This document shows positions 20,401 to 29,058 of a stretch of 64,000 nucleotides of DNA, in pieces; positions within the stretch are counted from its first letter, which is position 1, and every line of letters begins with the position of its first letter. A model generated the notes under the pieces. That model did no database searches, was not told the DNA's origin, and saw only the letters and a program-made list of their open reading frames with translations. The DNA is from Candidatus Latescibacterota bacterium (lineage in GTDB: Bacteria > Latescibacterota > UBA2968): NCBI GenBank assembly GCA_965207885.1, contig OZ242311.1, positions 3,552,001 through 3,616,000 of the forward strand, written 5' to 3'. The position numbers and the translations under genes were made by a program.

Positions 20401-21928
20401 GCTTGTAATCGGGCAAAAAATCCTCGGAATTTAACCCGAGATCAAGCACACCGGCAAGCAGGCGTATCTGTCCGGTGAGATTTTTGAAATTTACATGTTC
20501 GGATTTATCCAGTGGGGTATCTACTCTGAAACGCGCATCGTTGACCGTAATGAGCGACAGTGCCGGTGTACCCGCTTCCAAAACGACCTCGCCATCTGTT
20601 TTCAGGATTTTCCCCGGAATATACATATCCCAGTTCATGCCGCCTTTTGGATTGATTCCATCGATGAGGGCATCGGCTGGGTCCAGGTCAAATCGCTCGG
20701 CTATGGCCTCTGAATAATGTATAAACGACTTGCCAAATGGCGTAAAAAAACGCTTGTAATAATAATTGCGCGTGCTGTTCCAAACCCCGATTTCATCTGT
20801 CTGACTCGTCAAATCCAGAGAAATCAACAGCGGCAACTCGAGGGGTTCGGTCATCAATGCGGCAAAATGCTTTTCCTTGCGCGAATGCCTGCTCAAAAAA
20901 TCGCAAATGCCCCTGAAGCCGAGATGATGCGCGGAAGAGGCGAGAAACAAAAGCGTGTGTTTGGGCGGGTACTTGCTAAAATATTCGACCAACTTCATCA
21001 TGCCCACAATCCCACACGCCATCTCTGCGCCTGGCGCACGCGCGGGCACCACCGACATCGCATCGTAATACGTATTGATCACCACAATTTTTTCGCTCAA
21101 TACGGGATCGGTTCCGCGAATCCAGCCCAAAATATTCCGCGTCTCTTTCTTTTCCCAATCCATTCGCGCCTTCAAAGTGACATTGACCTCATCCTTTTGC
21201 GCGAGCAAAGCTTTGAGCTTTTCGCCGCTTTTCTTATCGATCCAAAAACGCTCTACACTATTGGGCACCTGCAAAAATTTGGTCTCTGACTGCGCGGTAA
21301 ATGTGGAATCGGGTTCAACAAATATTATCTGCTGCGCGCCGAGCATGGCAGCATTGAGCCAGTTGTTCCACGAATTAAATTCCATCAACACCACCGCACC
21401 CTCTACATCGCGCCCATTAAATTCCGATACATCGCCATCGCCACCCCACAAGAGATGTCCCTGCACGCCACTCGTGGGCAAAGTGGTCGTCTTGACCAGA
21501 TTGGGCCACAAACCGTGAATGGTAAAAACCTCACCGGTGTCTTCTACCGTCAGAGTTCCACCATGGTCTATGGGCACGGCCACATCATAGGTCTCGGCTT
21601 CCACGTCTTCCATGCCAAAACGCCGAAATTCAGAAATGATAAAATCCGCGGTTTTTTCGTGCCCCTCATACCCCACTACGCGCGATTCGTGTTGCGTAAA
21701 CTGGTCCATCAACGTGCGAATCCCATCTTCGCGCACAGCATCCAGAACCCGTGTGCCCACTTCTTCTGCACGCGGAACGGGTACAGGAGGAACCTCGCTG
21801 GGCATTTCCAATCCCAACAAAGCAGCTATATGAGGATTTACGCGATAGGGACCGGCAATCAGGAGCGCGGTAATAAAAATCCCCAAGCCAATGAGGCTCA
21901 ATGCGATGAGCTTGTAATATTTATCCAT
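17405..21928 (-). CDS. Large membrane protein: degenerate M28-peptidase-like periplasmic domain fused to FtsX/MacB-like permease domains
   Basis: NILGWIRG..VVINTYYD..APGAE (M28-like); NMKKRKMRTGLT (MacB N-terminal TM) and SVYERFREIGIYSSVGLAP..FIAEA (FtsX). Start MDKYY overlaps the upstream stop. Confidence 0.72.
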   Translation of the reverse strand: MDKYYKLIALSLIGLGIFITALLIAGPYRVNPHIAALLGLEMPSEVPPVPVPRAEEVGTRVLDAVREDGIRTLMDQFTQHESRVVGYEGHEKTADFIISEFRRFGMEDVEAETYDVAVPIDHGGTLTVEDTGEVFTIHGLWPNLVKTTTLPTSGVQGHLLWGGDGDVSEFNGRDVEGAVVLMEFNSWNNWLNAAMLGAQQIIFVEPDSTFTAQSETKFLQVPNSVERFWIDKKSGEKLKALLAQKDEVNVTLKARMDWEKKETRNILGWIRGTDPVLSEKIVVINTYYDAMSVVPARAPGAEMACGIVGMMKLVEYFSKYPPKHTLLFLASSAHHLGFRGICDFLSRHSRKEKHFAALMTEPLELPLLISLDLTSQTDEIGVWNSTRNYYYKRFFTPFGKSFIHYSEAIAERFDLDPADALIDGINPKGGMNWDMYIPGKILKTDGEVVLEAGTPALSLITVNDARFRVDTPLDKSEHVNFKNLTGQIRLLAGVLDLGLNSEDFLPDYKLDPDDRMRGLQGFVRTFPRRSIIPDRPRPGAVASLRMGVDKSIKGVRRIYYDIADENGEFYMPGIAERRVDVKAFYMDPESGEITYAPNHGRQARIYRGEFNMDWWISKRTRILFPCIATDFYDTVDPRYLSKLSSISVLGPGNTAPQEYGYAIGFGPEEPVGTIFTTPGERVKIVMRLGGRSLDIGVRYMLLNSKSAESVEVARGDGFQTLQHGSFIHSSFQAAKDMWTLNEARIRELAKYSIENQRMTNLHEQAKYHLDLAEESMQDKKWDLFVKHTRAGMGLESRAYPDVKATQNDVIRGVIFFMILVIPCAFFVERLIFTFSDIRLQIGGFGAAFMVIWIVLSQVHPAFDLSNPFVILLAFVILALAIFVIAIVSGRFHDNIRQLRTEEVLLHDTDVGRISASVAAFQLGIANMKKRKMRTGLTFATLVLLTFTVLSFTSIKTTLDFYQILLDTEGKYPGLLIRSQFWGPLEDTAYDYARINFFDQGEIAPRSWYVTRDLKKTPIETPEKATKVLGILGLSVNEPAVTRIDTLLSHGRWFKEGEIACILPGKIAELLKVEPEDVGKKSVRLFGKQLKVVGLIDAEKMRNHPDLDGEILSPADFKLTDDEIVSRLTQQETREKQGLEQPQLENMPFEHIDPDDIAIIPYNILREVGSPLQSVAIRLHEGVDVEEQVKEYVSRLSVVVFAGIPMADGKIQVSIYSSMGWGPLPGLANLFVPILVAALIVLNTMMGSVYERFREIGIYSSVGLAPVHISFLFIAEACVYAVLGTVSGYLLGQGVIKVLLWQGWLQGLNVNYSALSTVISSVLVIVVVLISSLYPARQASLMAVPDVTRRWKLPDPEGDHWHFEFPFTVGGKDVFGLSVFLVDYFESHVGESMGAFYTDGARFGSVEAATGAGYTIDTTIWLAPYDLGVSQQVHFEAVPMGEHNIFAMTLTIDRLSGDAASWRRVNQGFMNALRKQFLIWRTVDPTNRVKYTEKGRELLSASKATVSG

Positions 21929-23912
21929 AGCGATGTACCCAATGTCCGCGTTCTGGGAACCAGATGATGTCAATGCCTACTGACAAAGTCACACCGAGAA
22001 TATATCCGACGAGCAGACCGATGAACAGGGGCCTCGATTTGCGATAAACCGTTGGCCCCCCCACTTTTATGATGACAAACTTAATCAACCATGCAAGAAA
22101 AGTTGTAAAGCTGGTGCGCCGGACCAGATAAGAACCCGAAATCGCCAGCCCCACGGGATGCAGCGGCCACCACGCAAAGCGATAGCGCATATAGATCAAC
22201 CCGGCCATCAGCAGACCGCCAATGCCAAAAAATACCGCTTGTTCGGGATGTTCCTCGTAAAACGGTGGCTCGTCGGGTTTTTTAATTACATTAACTGTAC
22301 CCTGGAAATGGCGTTCGGCTGCCCGCGTAATCTCCCAACTGTTGAAATTATAAGCCCCTTGATCGTAACCCAACCACACGGTGAACAACATATTAAACAG
22401 CAAACTGACCATAAACACCAGCCCAATAGCCCCCATCAGCAGCCGCCGCTGATTGCCGGGAACGCCTTCGGAGACGCGCCCTGCATGGGCCAGCGCGGGC
22501 AAAAACAACCCCTTAAAATGCCCGGTAATCAAACCCGAATAGCGGTAAGCGACATGGGTAGCAAGCGGGATATTGCGCCGTCCAAAAAACGGTGCAACCA
22601 TACTCCAGGCACCTATGGGTGTATTGGTAAATGGCATGCCAGTATCGGCCAGGATCTTCGCCATACCCGTATAGACAAAAATCACTGCGAGAAGGAGTAA
22701 AAATCCTTGCAGCGGATCGAAATTCATCTGCGTCAGCCAGACAAACAGATATACCAGGCTGCATAGCAGGCCAATACAAGCGGCGCGATAAGACATCAAT
22801 TCATTGGAGTCATCCACCGTTGAATCTCTCCCAAGTGCCTTCATCAACACATCTCGCAAATGTCTTCTCGCAACCCAGAACGTCGAACACACAAAAACAA
22901 TAAATGCCCCTGCAATCTGCCAGTAATACACCCCCGTGCGATAATAAGGGGTGATGGCTCTATAGCCCCACTTATTGAGCTGACCGCCCTCAAAGATAAA
23001 CAACAAATCAAAAAACCAGATTGAAAACAGAACATCCAGGCTGGCAAAATAAGAAAAAAGTATGGTAAAAATGCCAAAGTATCCCCTGATAGGCGGCCAT
23101 TGCCAATCAATCCAGTACCACCGCGATCGGTAAATGGGAAAACGCGGAAAGCCCGGTACAAAGTAATTGATACAATTCCAGGCCAGCACGCCAAAAGCAA
23201 TGGCAAATCCGATCCAGAACAAGCGGTTGCGCGTAAACTCGGGCAACCATCCCTCGCCATCGCCCGGTTTAGAAACTATATCGATCAACGGCGCCATCGC
23301 GGGAAAAACCAAACGTTCGTTTTGCACCCACTGCTTTCTCAAAATAGTGGCGACACACGCCAGCATCAAAAAAGCCGCCGCCACAACCGTCGTCCACCAG
23401 AACAGGGGCAATACCCAAACGTCCCAGGGGATAGCAGCACCGCTCGGCAAGCCTTCGTAAAACCACGCAACGGCATTGCCCTCGGGACTCGGCAACAGCC
23501 AGTTGGGCAAAAGCGGATGCAAATGCTCAGCCCACTGATTTTCTTCCGTAGCAAAATAATAAGGCGCCGTGATATAGCCGATCAAATATCCCGTCAGGCC
23601 AAAACACGGCAGTGCCGCGCCCACGAGGCCCATCGCCAGAATCGCATGCCATTCGCCTGGTGAGAGCGCCCAGCCGGTCATTTTGGCAACAATGGCGAGT
23701 CCGATCATCAGGATCATCAGCACGATCAGCATGGCCATTGGGATGTGGCTATACGTCATCAGCGGAGCGTGCAAGATGTAGCGCACACAAATAGCCAGCA
23801 GATCGAGAGCAATGACGAGAAATACGCCCAATCCCACAGCGCGCAATGTTACCGCGGGTTGTGAACTCGCATCATCTGATTCCGTCTGAATATTTTGTGT
23901 ATCAAGAGCCAT
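21921..23912 (-). CDS. DUF6785/DUF6784-like polytopic membrane protein (OPT-related putative peptide transporter)
   Basis: RKQWVQNERLVFP, YFASLDVLFSIWFF and RYRFAWWPLHPVG motifs; many TM segments. Confidence 0.65.
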   Translation of the reverse strand: MALDTQNIQTESDDASSQPAVTLRAVGLGVFLVIALDLLAICVRYILHAPLMTYSHIPMAMLIVLMILMIGLAIVAKMTGWALSPGEWHAILAMGLVGAALPCFGLTGYLIGYITAPYYFATEENQWAEHLHPLLPNWLLPSPEGNAVAWFYEGLPSGAAIPWDVWVLPLFWWTTVVAAAFLMLACVATILRKQWVQNERLVFPAMAPLIDIVSKPGDGEGWLPEFTRNRLFWIGFAIAFGVLAWNCINYFVPGFPRFPIYRSRWYWIDWQWPPIRGYFGIFTILFSYFASLDVLFSIWFFDLLFIFEGGQLNKWGYRAITPYYRTGVYYWQIAGAFIVFVCSTFWVARRHLRDVLMKALGRDSTVDDSNELMSYRAACIGLLCSLVYLFVWLTQMNFDPLQGFLLLLAVIFVYTGMAKILADTGMPFTNTPIGAWSMVAPFFGRRNIPLATHVAYRYSGLITGHFKGLFLPALAHAGRVSEGVPGNQRRLLMGAIGLVFMVSLLFNMLFTVWLGYDQGAYNFNSWEITRAAERHFQGTVNVIKKPDEPPFYEEHPEQAVFFGIGGLLMAGLIYMRYRFAWWPLHPVGLAISGSYLVRRTSFTTFLAWLIKFVIIKVGGPTVYRKSRPLFIGLLVGYILGVTLSVGIDIIWFPERGHWVHRYG

Positions 23913-24072
23913 TGGCGCGATTTTTGTGATATGAAGTAAAATTCCTTAGAAAATGTGCGGGAATAATTAACCCCCGCCCCTTGCATTTGTCAAATGGTTT
24001 ATCTGTTTATAATTGTAAGCCTGCATATAGCGCAACATCGCTTCTGTTTGCGAAAAAACGTACGCAAGAACC

Positions 24073-24101
24073 TTGACACCAATCAGCCGTTTTGTTAAAT
24101 T
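24073..24101 (+). promoter_or_regulatory. sigma70-type promoter for tRNA-Phe
   Basis: TTGACA-17 bp-TAAATT with an extended TG, 25 nt before the tRNA. Confidence 0.55.
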
Positions 24102-24126
24102 TTTCAATCTTATCGGGAAAGATGAT

Positions 24127-24202
<76 letters not shown>

Positions 24203-24253
24203 TTTTTTAGTTGACCATACACAGACGTAGATTTTCTCGTACAAGTTCCAATT

Positions 24254-24291
24254 AAAAAAGGGTGTGAACTTATAGAGTTCACACCCTTTTT
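24254..24291. terminator. Bidirectional intrinsic terminator
   Basis: AAAAAAGGGTGTGAACT-TATAG-AGTTCACACCCTTTTT between the convergent tRNA-Phe and FGE genes. Confidence 0.8.
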
Positions 24292-24313
24292 GTTTTTGGT
24301 AAAAAAATTGAAG

Positions 24314-25105
24314 CTATAAACTCTGAGCAACCCGAAACCCCACATAAAGGCTCCCGGCAAAAGTCCTGTGTCGGTCGCGAGCAGCCGAGCGAAGGAAATA
24401 TCCTTCCAGGTACCATGCACCGCCGCGCACCACGCGCGCAGTAGAGTCGCCGACCTCCCACGCAGACCCGTCATTGGGTGCCCCCACATATCTATTATTA
24501 TACCGATCCTGAGTCCACTCCCACACATTGCCGTGCATGTCGTGAAGCCCCCAACTGTTGGCCTCGAACGATCCCACAGGTGCTGACATCTCATTATCCC
24601 ACTGACTGCCGCACCCATTGCAATTGGCGCGGTTGTGGCCGAGATTATTCCCCCAGCTATACCTCGTCGCTGTTCCCGCGCGCGCCGCATACTCCCACTC
24701 TGCCTCACTTGGCAAACGATAGTTTTTCCCCGTCTGTTCCGATAACCAGGCTGTGTACGCCACCGCATCATCCCATGTGACATTGATCACGGGACGCCGT
24801 CCTCGACCAAAACCCCTGCCATCTGCCCGCTCGCGCCCCGTCGCATCCGTGAAGACATCGTATTCCTCAAACGTCACCTCGTACTTCGACAGCGCGAACG
24901 ATGCAAGCGTCACCTCATGCACCGGCCTCTCGGCATTGGTGCAACTTCTCCCCGACACGCACCCCATCTTAAAACGCCCCGCGGGAATCACCACCATCTC
25001 CGGCGGCTTAAAAGAAGCCCCTTCCTCCTGTGAAACCTGAGCGGATGTATCCGTGAAAAACCCCAACAAAAATAGAACGGAAAAGCTACTGATGATTCCC
25101 CGCAT
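24314..25105 (-). CDS. Secreted formylglycine-generating-enzyme (SUMF1/FGE-sulfatase) domain protein
   Basis: Signal peptide; RLPSEAEWEYAARAG, GLHDMHGNVWEW, RGGAW, GFRVA; lacks the core catalytic Cys pair of true FGE; AGGAG RBS. Confidence 0.85.
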   Translation of the reverse strand: MRGIISSFSVLFLLGFFTDTSAQVSQEEGASFKPPEMVVIPAGRFKMGCVSGRSCTNAERPVHEVTLASFALSKYEVTFEEYDVFTDATGRERADGRGFGRGRRPVINVTWDDAVAYTAWLSEQTGKNYRLPSEAEWEYAARAGTATRYSWGNNLGHNRANCNGCGSQWDNEMSAPVGSFEANSWGLHDMHGNVWEWTQDRYNNRYVGAPNDGSAWEVGDSTARVVRGGAWYLEGYFLRSAARDRHRTFAGSLYVGFRVAQSL

Positions 25106-25230
25106 GATATCTCTCCTGTCATTATTACTTAAATGCGCATCACATAGAAAATAAGACAACTTCTTATGGATGAGAAATATATTTTGCACCATATCATCCA
25201 TTCATCGCTCAAATATTAGATTTTCCAGTT

Positions 25231-25995
25231 TCAATGCACATCTCGTTTTACGATGGTCACATTGACCAGGGCACCGGGGCGGACGTACTTTCCCGCATTC
25301 AAAAAAAGACCCGTTACTTTGCATGTCCCATTTTCCGGATCAATAACAGGACTGATCCCGATAACGCGCCCGGGCAGCGCGCGTTTTCCGCCAGCGGTCG
25401 GCACGGCAGACAGCGGCATATTCATTCGGATCGCGTTCAGCCTTTTCTCGGACACAAACAGATGCACCTGAAAGTCCATAGGGTCGATGACCCGCGCGAC
25501 CGCGGAATAGGCCAGCACCCAGTCGCCTACCTTTACATTGACCTCAACCACCATCCCGTCCTGGGGTGCGATGATCGCGGTTCTGTCCAGTTCCATACGC
25601 GCGGCGACCCAGTTATAGTGTGCAACCTCGGCATCAAACCGGACATTTTCGAGCTGTTGGTCGCTGATCAGCTTCTTATCGTGCAACATTTCCAATCGCG
25701 CTTGCAGGTTCTGGGCCTTCTTCAGTGCAATTCGAGCCGCGGCTTCCTTCACGCGCAGATCCCGACGAGTTAATACCATGAGGGTATCCCCTTTTACCAC
25801 CCGGTCTCCCACCTCGAAGTTGACCTGCTGCATCCGCGCGTTCATCCCGGCATAGACCGTCACCGATCGCGCAGGTACTAAAGGTGCTCTCAATATCAGT
25901 TCTTGTGCATTGACCCTTGCGGCAACGAGCATGAGGAACAGACCGCACAAAAACATCGCGTTGTATATCATAGTTGCAAGTGACTGGTGAACCAT
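25231..25995 (-). CDS. RND/MacA-type periplasmic adaptor (membrane fusion protein), no adjacent pump
   Basis: EVGDRVVKGD and IIAPQDGMV lipoyl half-motifs flanking a coiled coil; ISPVIDP..RPG; GGAGG RBS. Confidence 0.8.
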   Translation of the reverse strand: MVHQSLATMIYNAMFLCGLFLMLVAARVNAQELILRAPLVPARSVTVYAGMNARMQQVNFEVGDRVVKGDTLMVLTRRDLRVKEAAARIALKKAQNLQARLEMLHDKKLISDQQLENVRFDAEVAHYNWVAARMELDRTAIIAPQDGMVVEVNVKVGDWVLAYSAVARVIDPMDFQVHLFVSEKRLNAIRMNMPLSAVPTAGGKRALPGRVIGISPVIDPENGTCKVTGLFLNAGKYVRPGALVNVTIVKRDVH

Positions 25996-26048
25996 GGGAA
26001 TACCCTCCTGTATGGGTTGGAATTGAAACTTCGTGCCCTTCATATAGG

Positions 26049-26063
26049 GCAAAAACTGTGCCA
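26049..26063 (-). promoter_or_regulatory. sigma54 (RpoN) -24/-12 promoter
   Basis: The minus strand reads TGGCAC-AGTTT-TTGC, an exact consensus match, 53 nt upstream of the MFP start. Confidence 0.8.
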
Positions 26064-26140
26064 AAATTCACAAAAAACCCGTAACTGATTGCAGGAGAGC
26101 GTGTTGTTAAAAAATGCCGAAAAAAGGATGTGCGGAAAAC

Positions 26141-26198
26141 TGTGTCATATGACACCTTAGGTGTTTCAAATGAAACAGTAAGTGTTCCAAATGAAACA
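26141..26198. promoter_or_regulatory. Three palindromic enhancer-like sites at 21-bp period (bEBP UAS)
   Basis: TGTGTCATATGACACC (26141), TGTTTCAAATGAAACA (26162), TGTTCCAAATGAAACA (26183), about 80-135 bp upstream of the sigma54 promoter. Confidence 0.68.
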
Positions 26199-26243
26199 GT
26201 TGGGATTAGAATGAAATAGGGGGATTACGAAGGAAGATTACAC

Positions 26244-26274
26244 AAAAAATGCCCTGAAGAACACAGGGCATTTT
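26244..26274 (-). terminator. Intrinsic terminator after the beta-helix protein gene
   Basis: AAAATGCCCTG-7 nt-CAGGGCATTTT stem with a T tail on the minus strand. Confidence 0.6.
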
Positions 26275-26347
26275 GAAAGATATTTAGAGCATACCATACA
26301 ACGGGCTGTCATCATCGGTCCTGCGGGCATTGTTTGCGTTTTGCCAT

Positions 26348-28855
26348 TCAATTTCCCTCTCTGATCTGTGTTCTGGCCGCCACAGCTTTTACAGCTTCTA
26401 TGCCCAGGCGGTCTTCGAGTTGTTTCAAGTACAAACTGCGCGGAGAGACCTTCAGCCCGTGTGATTCCCAATATCCATCTTCGCGCCTGTACCAGCCGTC
26501 TCGTTTCTCGCCGATGCAACCAATGGCATAATTTTGTGATGTTGGGGGTTTTTGCACGATAAAGCTCTCTGCTTCGCAATTCCACAATACTTTTTGCGCG
26601 CCCGCCCAACCGTGGCCGGTGCCCGAACCTTGCCGATCCTGAACATTGATGGCATTGCCGTTTACGATTACGTTGTCAAATAGGGTGCAAACAGACCACC
26701 GGTGATGGGGGCCTGAATCATTATGCGCGATATCCGCCGTGCAATCCAAAAACACATTTGGCCCTGGTACGCGGGCGTGTAGCACATAATCGTGGCGACC
26801 CCGCCGGGTATAACACCGTTGCACGAGGGACAATTGCCCGTGGATGGGAAATGAATATCGCCGTCCCCCGGTGATCTGTGATACGGGATCCAGACACTGG
26901 CTATCCTGCACGGTCATCCATTTTGCCAGATTGCCAATGGTTACACATGCATAGCCAAAGTGAACCGAGGTGATATCGCGTGCCCACGCATTCTGCACGC
27001 GTGAAAATACGACGAAATTCCAGGCGTGATCTTCATCGATAAACTCATCCTCCCTACTTTCATCTTTTTCGCTGTCATCAAACTCCGATACACCGCGCAA
27101 GTTCTCGATGCCGACCTGTTCAATGCGCCCGAGATATTCGTATTTGAGAACCCACCCGCCGCCGTATTCGCGTTCAAATGCATTGCCCATGGGCGCGTCG
27201 ATTGTTATCCGGTTGCCTTCTATGGCAGTTATGGTACGGTCAAAGCGAAAGTCGTAAGTGCCCGGTTCCCACTGCCGAACATCGGGATGTGACATCTCAA
27301 TGCGATCCATCCCTATTGCCGCAATCCACTGTGCCGTACTGGGGCGATGCACGAGGATCTCATCGCCAACTGCAAAACCCGAAGCATCTACTATAGAAAA
27401 TATTTTTGCGCCTACGGGGACATAATCATCTACAATGGCCTGTCGCGTTCCCCCTACCTCTTGCCAGAATGATCTGCCTTCAAACTCGATCAATGTGCGC
27501 TGTTCTGTTCCCGTTGCAATCAATACCGTGCCGTTTTCACCTTCGCCTTCACCGCGCAGTACAACGCCACTTGCCCGAATGTACAGGGTCCCACCAATCC
27601 GATATTTTCCGCGCTTGAGTAACAAGGTCCCGCGAAATCCATTGGCGTCCAGTGCGCGCGTAGATACGTCGTCAATTGCCGCTTGCAATCGCGCTGTGTC
27701 GTCTCCCCCGGCCTGTGGCTGTACCGTCATCGCCACTGGCACATCTGGCAGAGCCACACCACCACCCATATAGCCACAATGTGAAAAGTCTGGAATGATA
27801 TTGCCCTTCTCATCTGGTACATAGGCCAGTCGCCCGTCAGGTCCCGAATATACCAGTTTACTGTTCTGAGGTACATAAGATACCGAACTGCTCCGCGTTT
27901 GGATAAAATCTGCAACTTGCGCCCAAATTGGGATAGGATATATGGAGGGGTCACGTGAGGCGATAATATCCCGAGGAATTGGCACGCGGATCCTGGTTGT
28001 TCCCGCCTCGATCGTCTGTGTCAATAAAATCTGCGTTTCGGTTCCCACCACAATGTTTAATGGTTGTGTGGTGGCGTTTTCAAATGTGATGGGTATATAC
28101 CACTGCGTGCCGCCAGATCCGAGCCCAGCGGCAAAAGTGAGGAAATCCCCAAAACCGATTTGTCCATCAGAATCGAGATCGTAGATGGGATCATATCCCG
28201 CATCGGTCTGCGTTGCTCCGAATTTCTGAACAAAGAGGATAAAATCACTAAAACCAACGGCTCCGTTGTCATCGAAATCGAGATGGTCAATGGAATTTAT
28301 TTCCTGTACTGGCGCGTCAACTTGCCATGAAAAGGTCTGATTGACGGTTGCAATATGATCGATGAACAGGCGCGCGTTTGAATTTTGACTGGTTTCTGTT
28401 CTATACGTGATGTATCGCCTGTTGTAATCGGGGTCTCTGCCCCAGATCTCGTGGGGTTTTGCCAGTTCTACAACGGCAAGTTGCCAGCCCTGAGGCGGTG
28501 TTTGTCCCTCCCAGATCGTATATATGGCTTCCCTACCGCCGCCCAGAGGGTGGTTGCGGACCTTGATTTTGAGATCCCTCAGGCCATTGCCCTCTACTTT
28601 CCACCAGAAGCTCAAGCTGTGTCTTTGGGAGATATCCTGCCCCGTGCTAAAAAAATTGTAGGTAAAGAATCCCGTCTGACCCGCTGGTGGGGAAGTAACG
28701 ATGGCAAAGCGACCCTCCTGGGCATCTCTGGATAACTGTACATTGTTGGACCATCCGGATAGATTGTCGCAATAGGTCAGCGTTTGCACCGGATCGCTGG
28801 CAGAGCAAGGACAGGCCCACAGAAATAGAATTGTGCAGGTGATAATTGATCGCAT
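26348..28855 (-). CDS. Secreted multidomain protein: N-terminal CBM-like domain, EF-hand/dockerin-like pair, C-terminal pectate-lyase-like beta-helix
   Basis: Signal peptide; DFDDNGAVGFSDF..DLDSDGQIGFGDF; IPDFSHCGY, DDTARLQAAID, SGVVLRGEG, GPHHRW, GHGWAGA. Confidence 0.65.
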   Translation of the reverse strand: MRSIITCTILFLWACPCSASDPVQTLTYCDNLSGWSNNVQLSRDAQEGRFAIVTSPPAGQTGFFTYNFFSTGQDISQRHSLSFWWKVEGNGLRDLKIKVRNHPLGGGREAIYTIWEGQTPPQGWQLAVVELAKPHEIWGRDPDYNRRYITYRTETSQNSNARLFIDHIATVNQTFSWQVDAPVQEINSIDHLDFDDNGAVGFSDFILFVQKFGATQTDAGYDPIYDLDSDGQIGFGDFLTFAAGLGSGGTQWYIPITFENATTQPLNIVVGTETQILLTQTIEAGTTRIRVPIPRDIIASRDPSIYPIPIWAQVADFIQTRSSSVSYVPQNSKLVYSGPDGRLAYVPDEKGNIIPDFSHCGYMGGGVALPDVPVAMTVQPQAGGDDTARLQAAIDDVSTRALDANGFRGTLLLKRGKYRIGGTLYIRASGVVLRGEGEGENGTVLIATGTEQRTLIEFEGRSFWQEVGGTRQAIVDDYVPVGAKIFSIVDASGFAVGDEILVHRPSTAQWIAAIGMDRIEMSHPDVRQWEPGTYDFRFDRTITAIEGNRITIDAPMGNAFEREYGGGWVLKYEYLGRIEQVGIENLRGVSEFDDSEKDESREDEFIDEDHAWNFVVFSRVQNAWARDITSVHFGYACVTIGNLAKWMTVQDSQCLDPVSQITGGRRYSFPIHGQLSLVQRCYTRRGRHDYVLHARVPGPNVFLDCTADIAHNDSGPHHRWSVCTLFDNVIVNGNAINVQDRQGSGTGHGWAGAQKVLWNCEAESFIVQKPPTSQNYAIGCIGEKRDGWYRREDGYWESHGLKVSPRSLYLKQLEDRLGIEAVKAVAARTQIREGN

Positions 28856-28889
28856 TGTGTGTTCTCCTGACCGCTATTGGAAATAGTCC

Positions 28890-28953
28890 CTATTGAGATA
28901 GACAATTGTAGGATAGTGTCTCTATTGAGACTGACAATTGCAGGATTATGTCT
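28890..28953. repeat. Imperfect 32-bp tandem duplication in the promoter region
   Basis: CTATTGAGATAGACAATTGTAGGATAGTGTCT / CTATTGAGACTGACAATTGCAGGATTATGTCT. Confidence 0.7.
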
Positions 28954-28971
28954 ATAACTGCGTAACATTAC

Positions 28972-29008
28972 AAAATTAAATAGGGCAGACCTTGTGTGGC
29001 CTGCCCTA
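28972..29008 (-). terminator. Hairpin (terminator or REP-like) after the ABC ATPase
   Basis: TAGGGCAGACC-TTGTGT-GGCCTGCCCTA followed by a T-rich tract on the minus strand. Confidence 0.5.
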
Positions 29009-29058
29009 CTATTGGAATTATTTTGCTTCAGGTGAATCCAGAAACGCCTTAACGCTGT

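Noticed and set aside
28874-28953. Possible CRISPR mini-array
   Set aside because: The copies are directly adjacent with no unique spacers, and there are no cas genes in the window.
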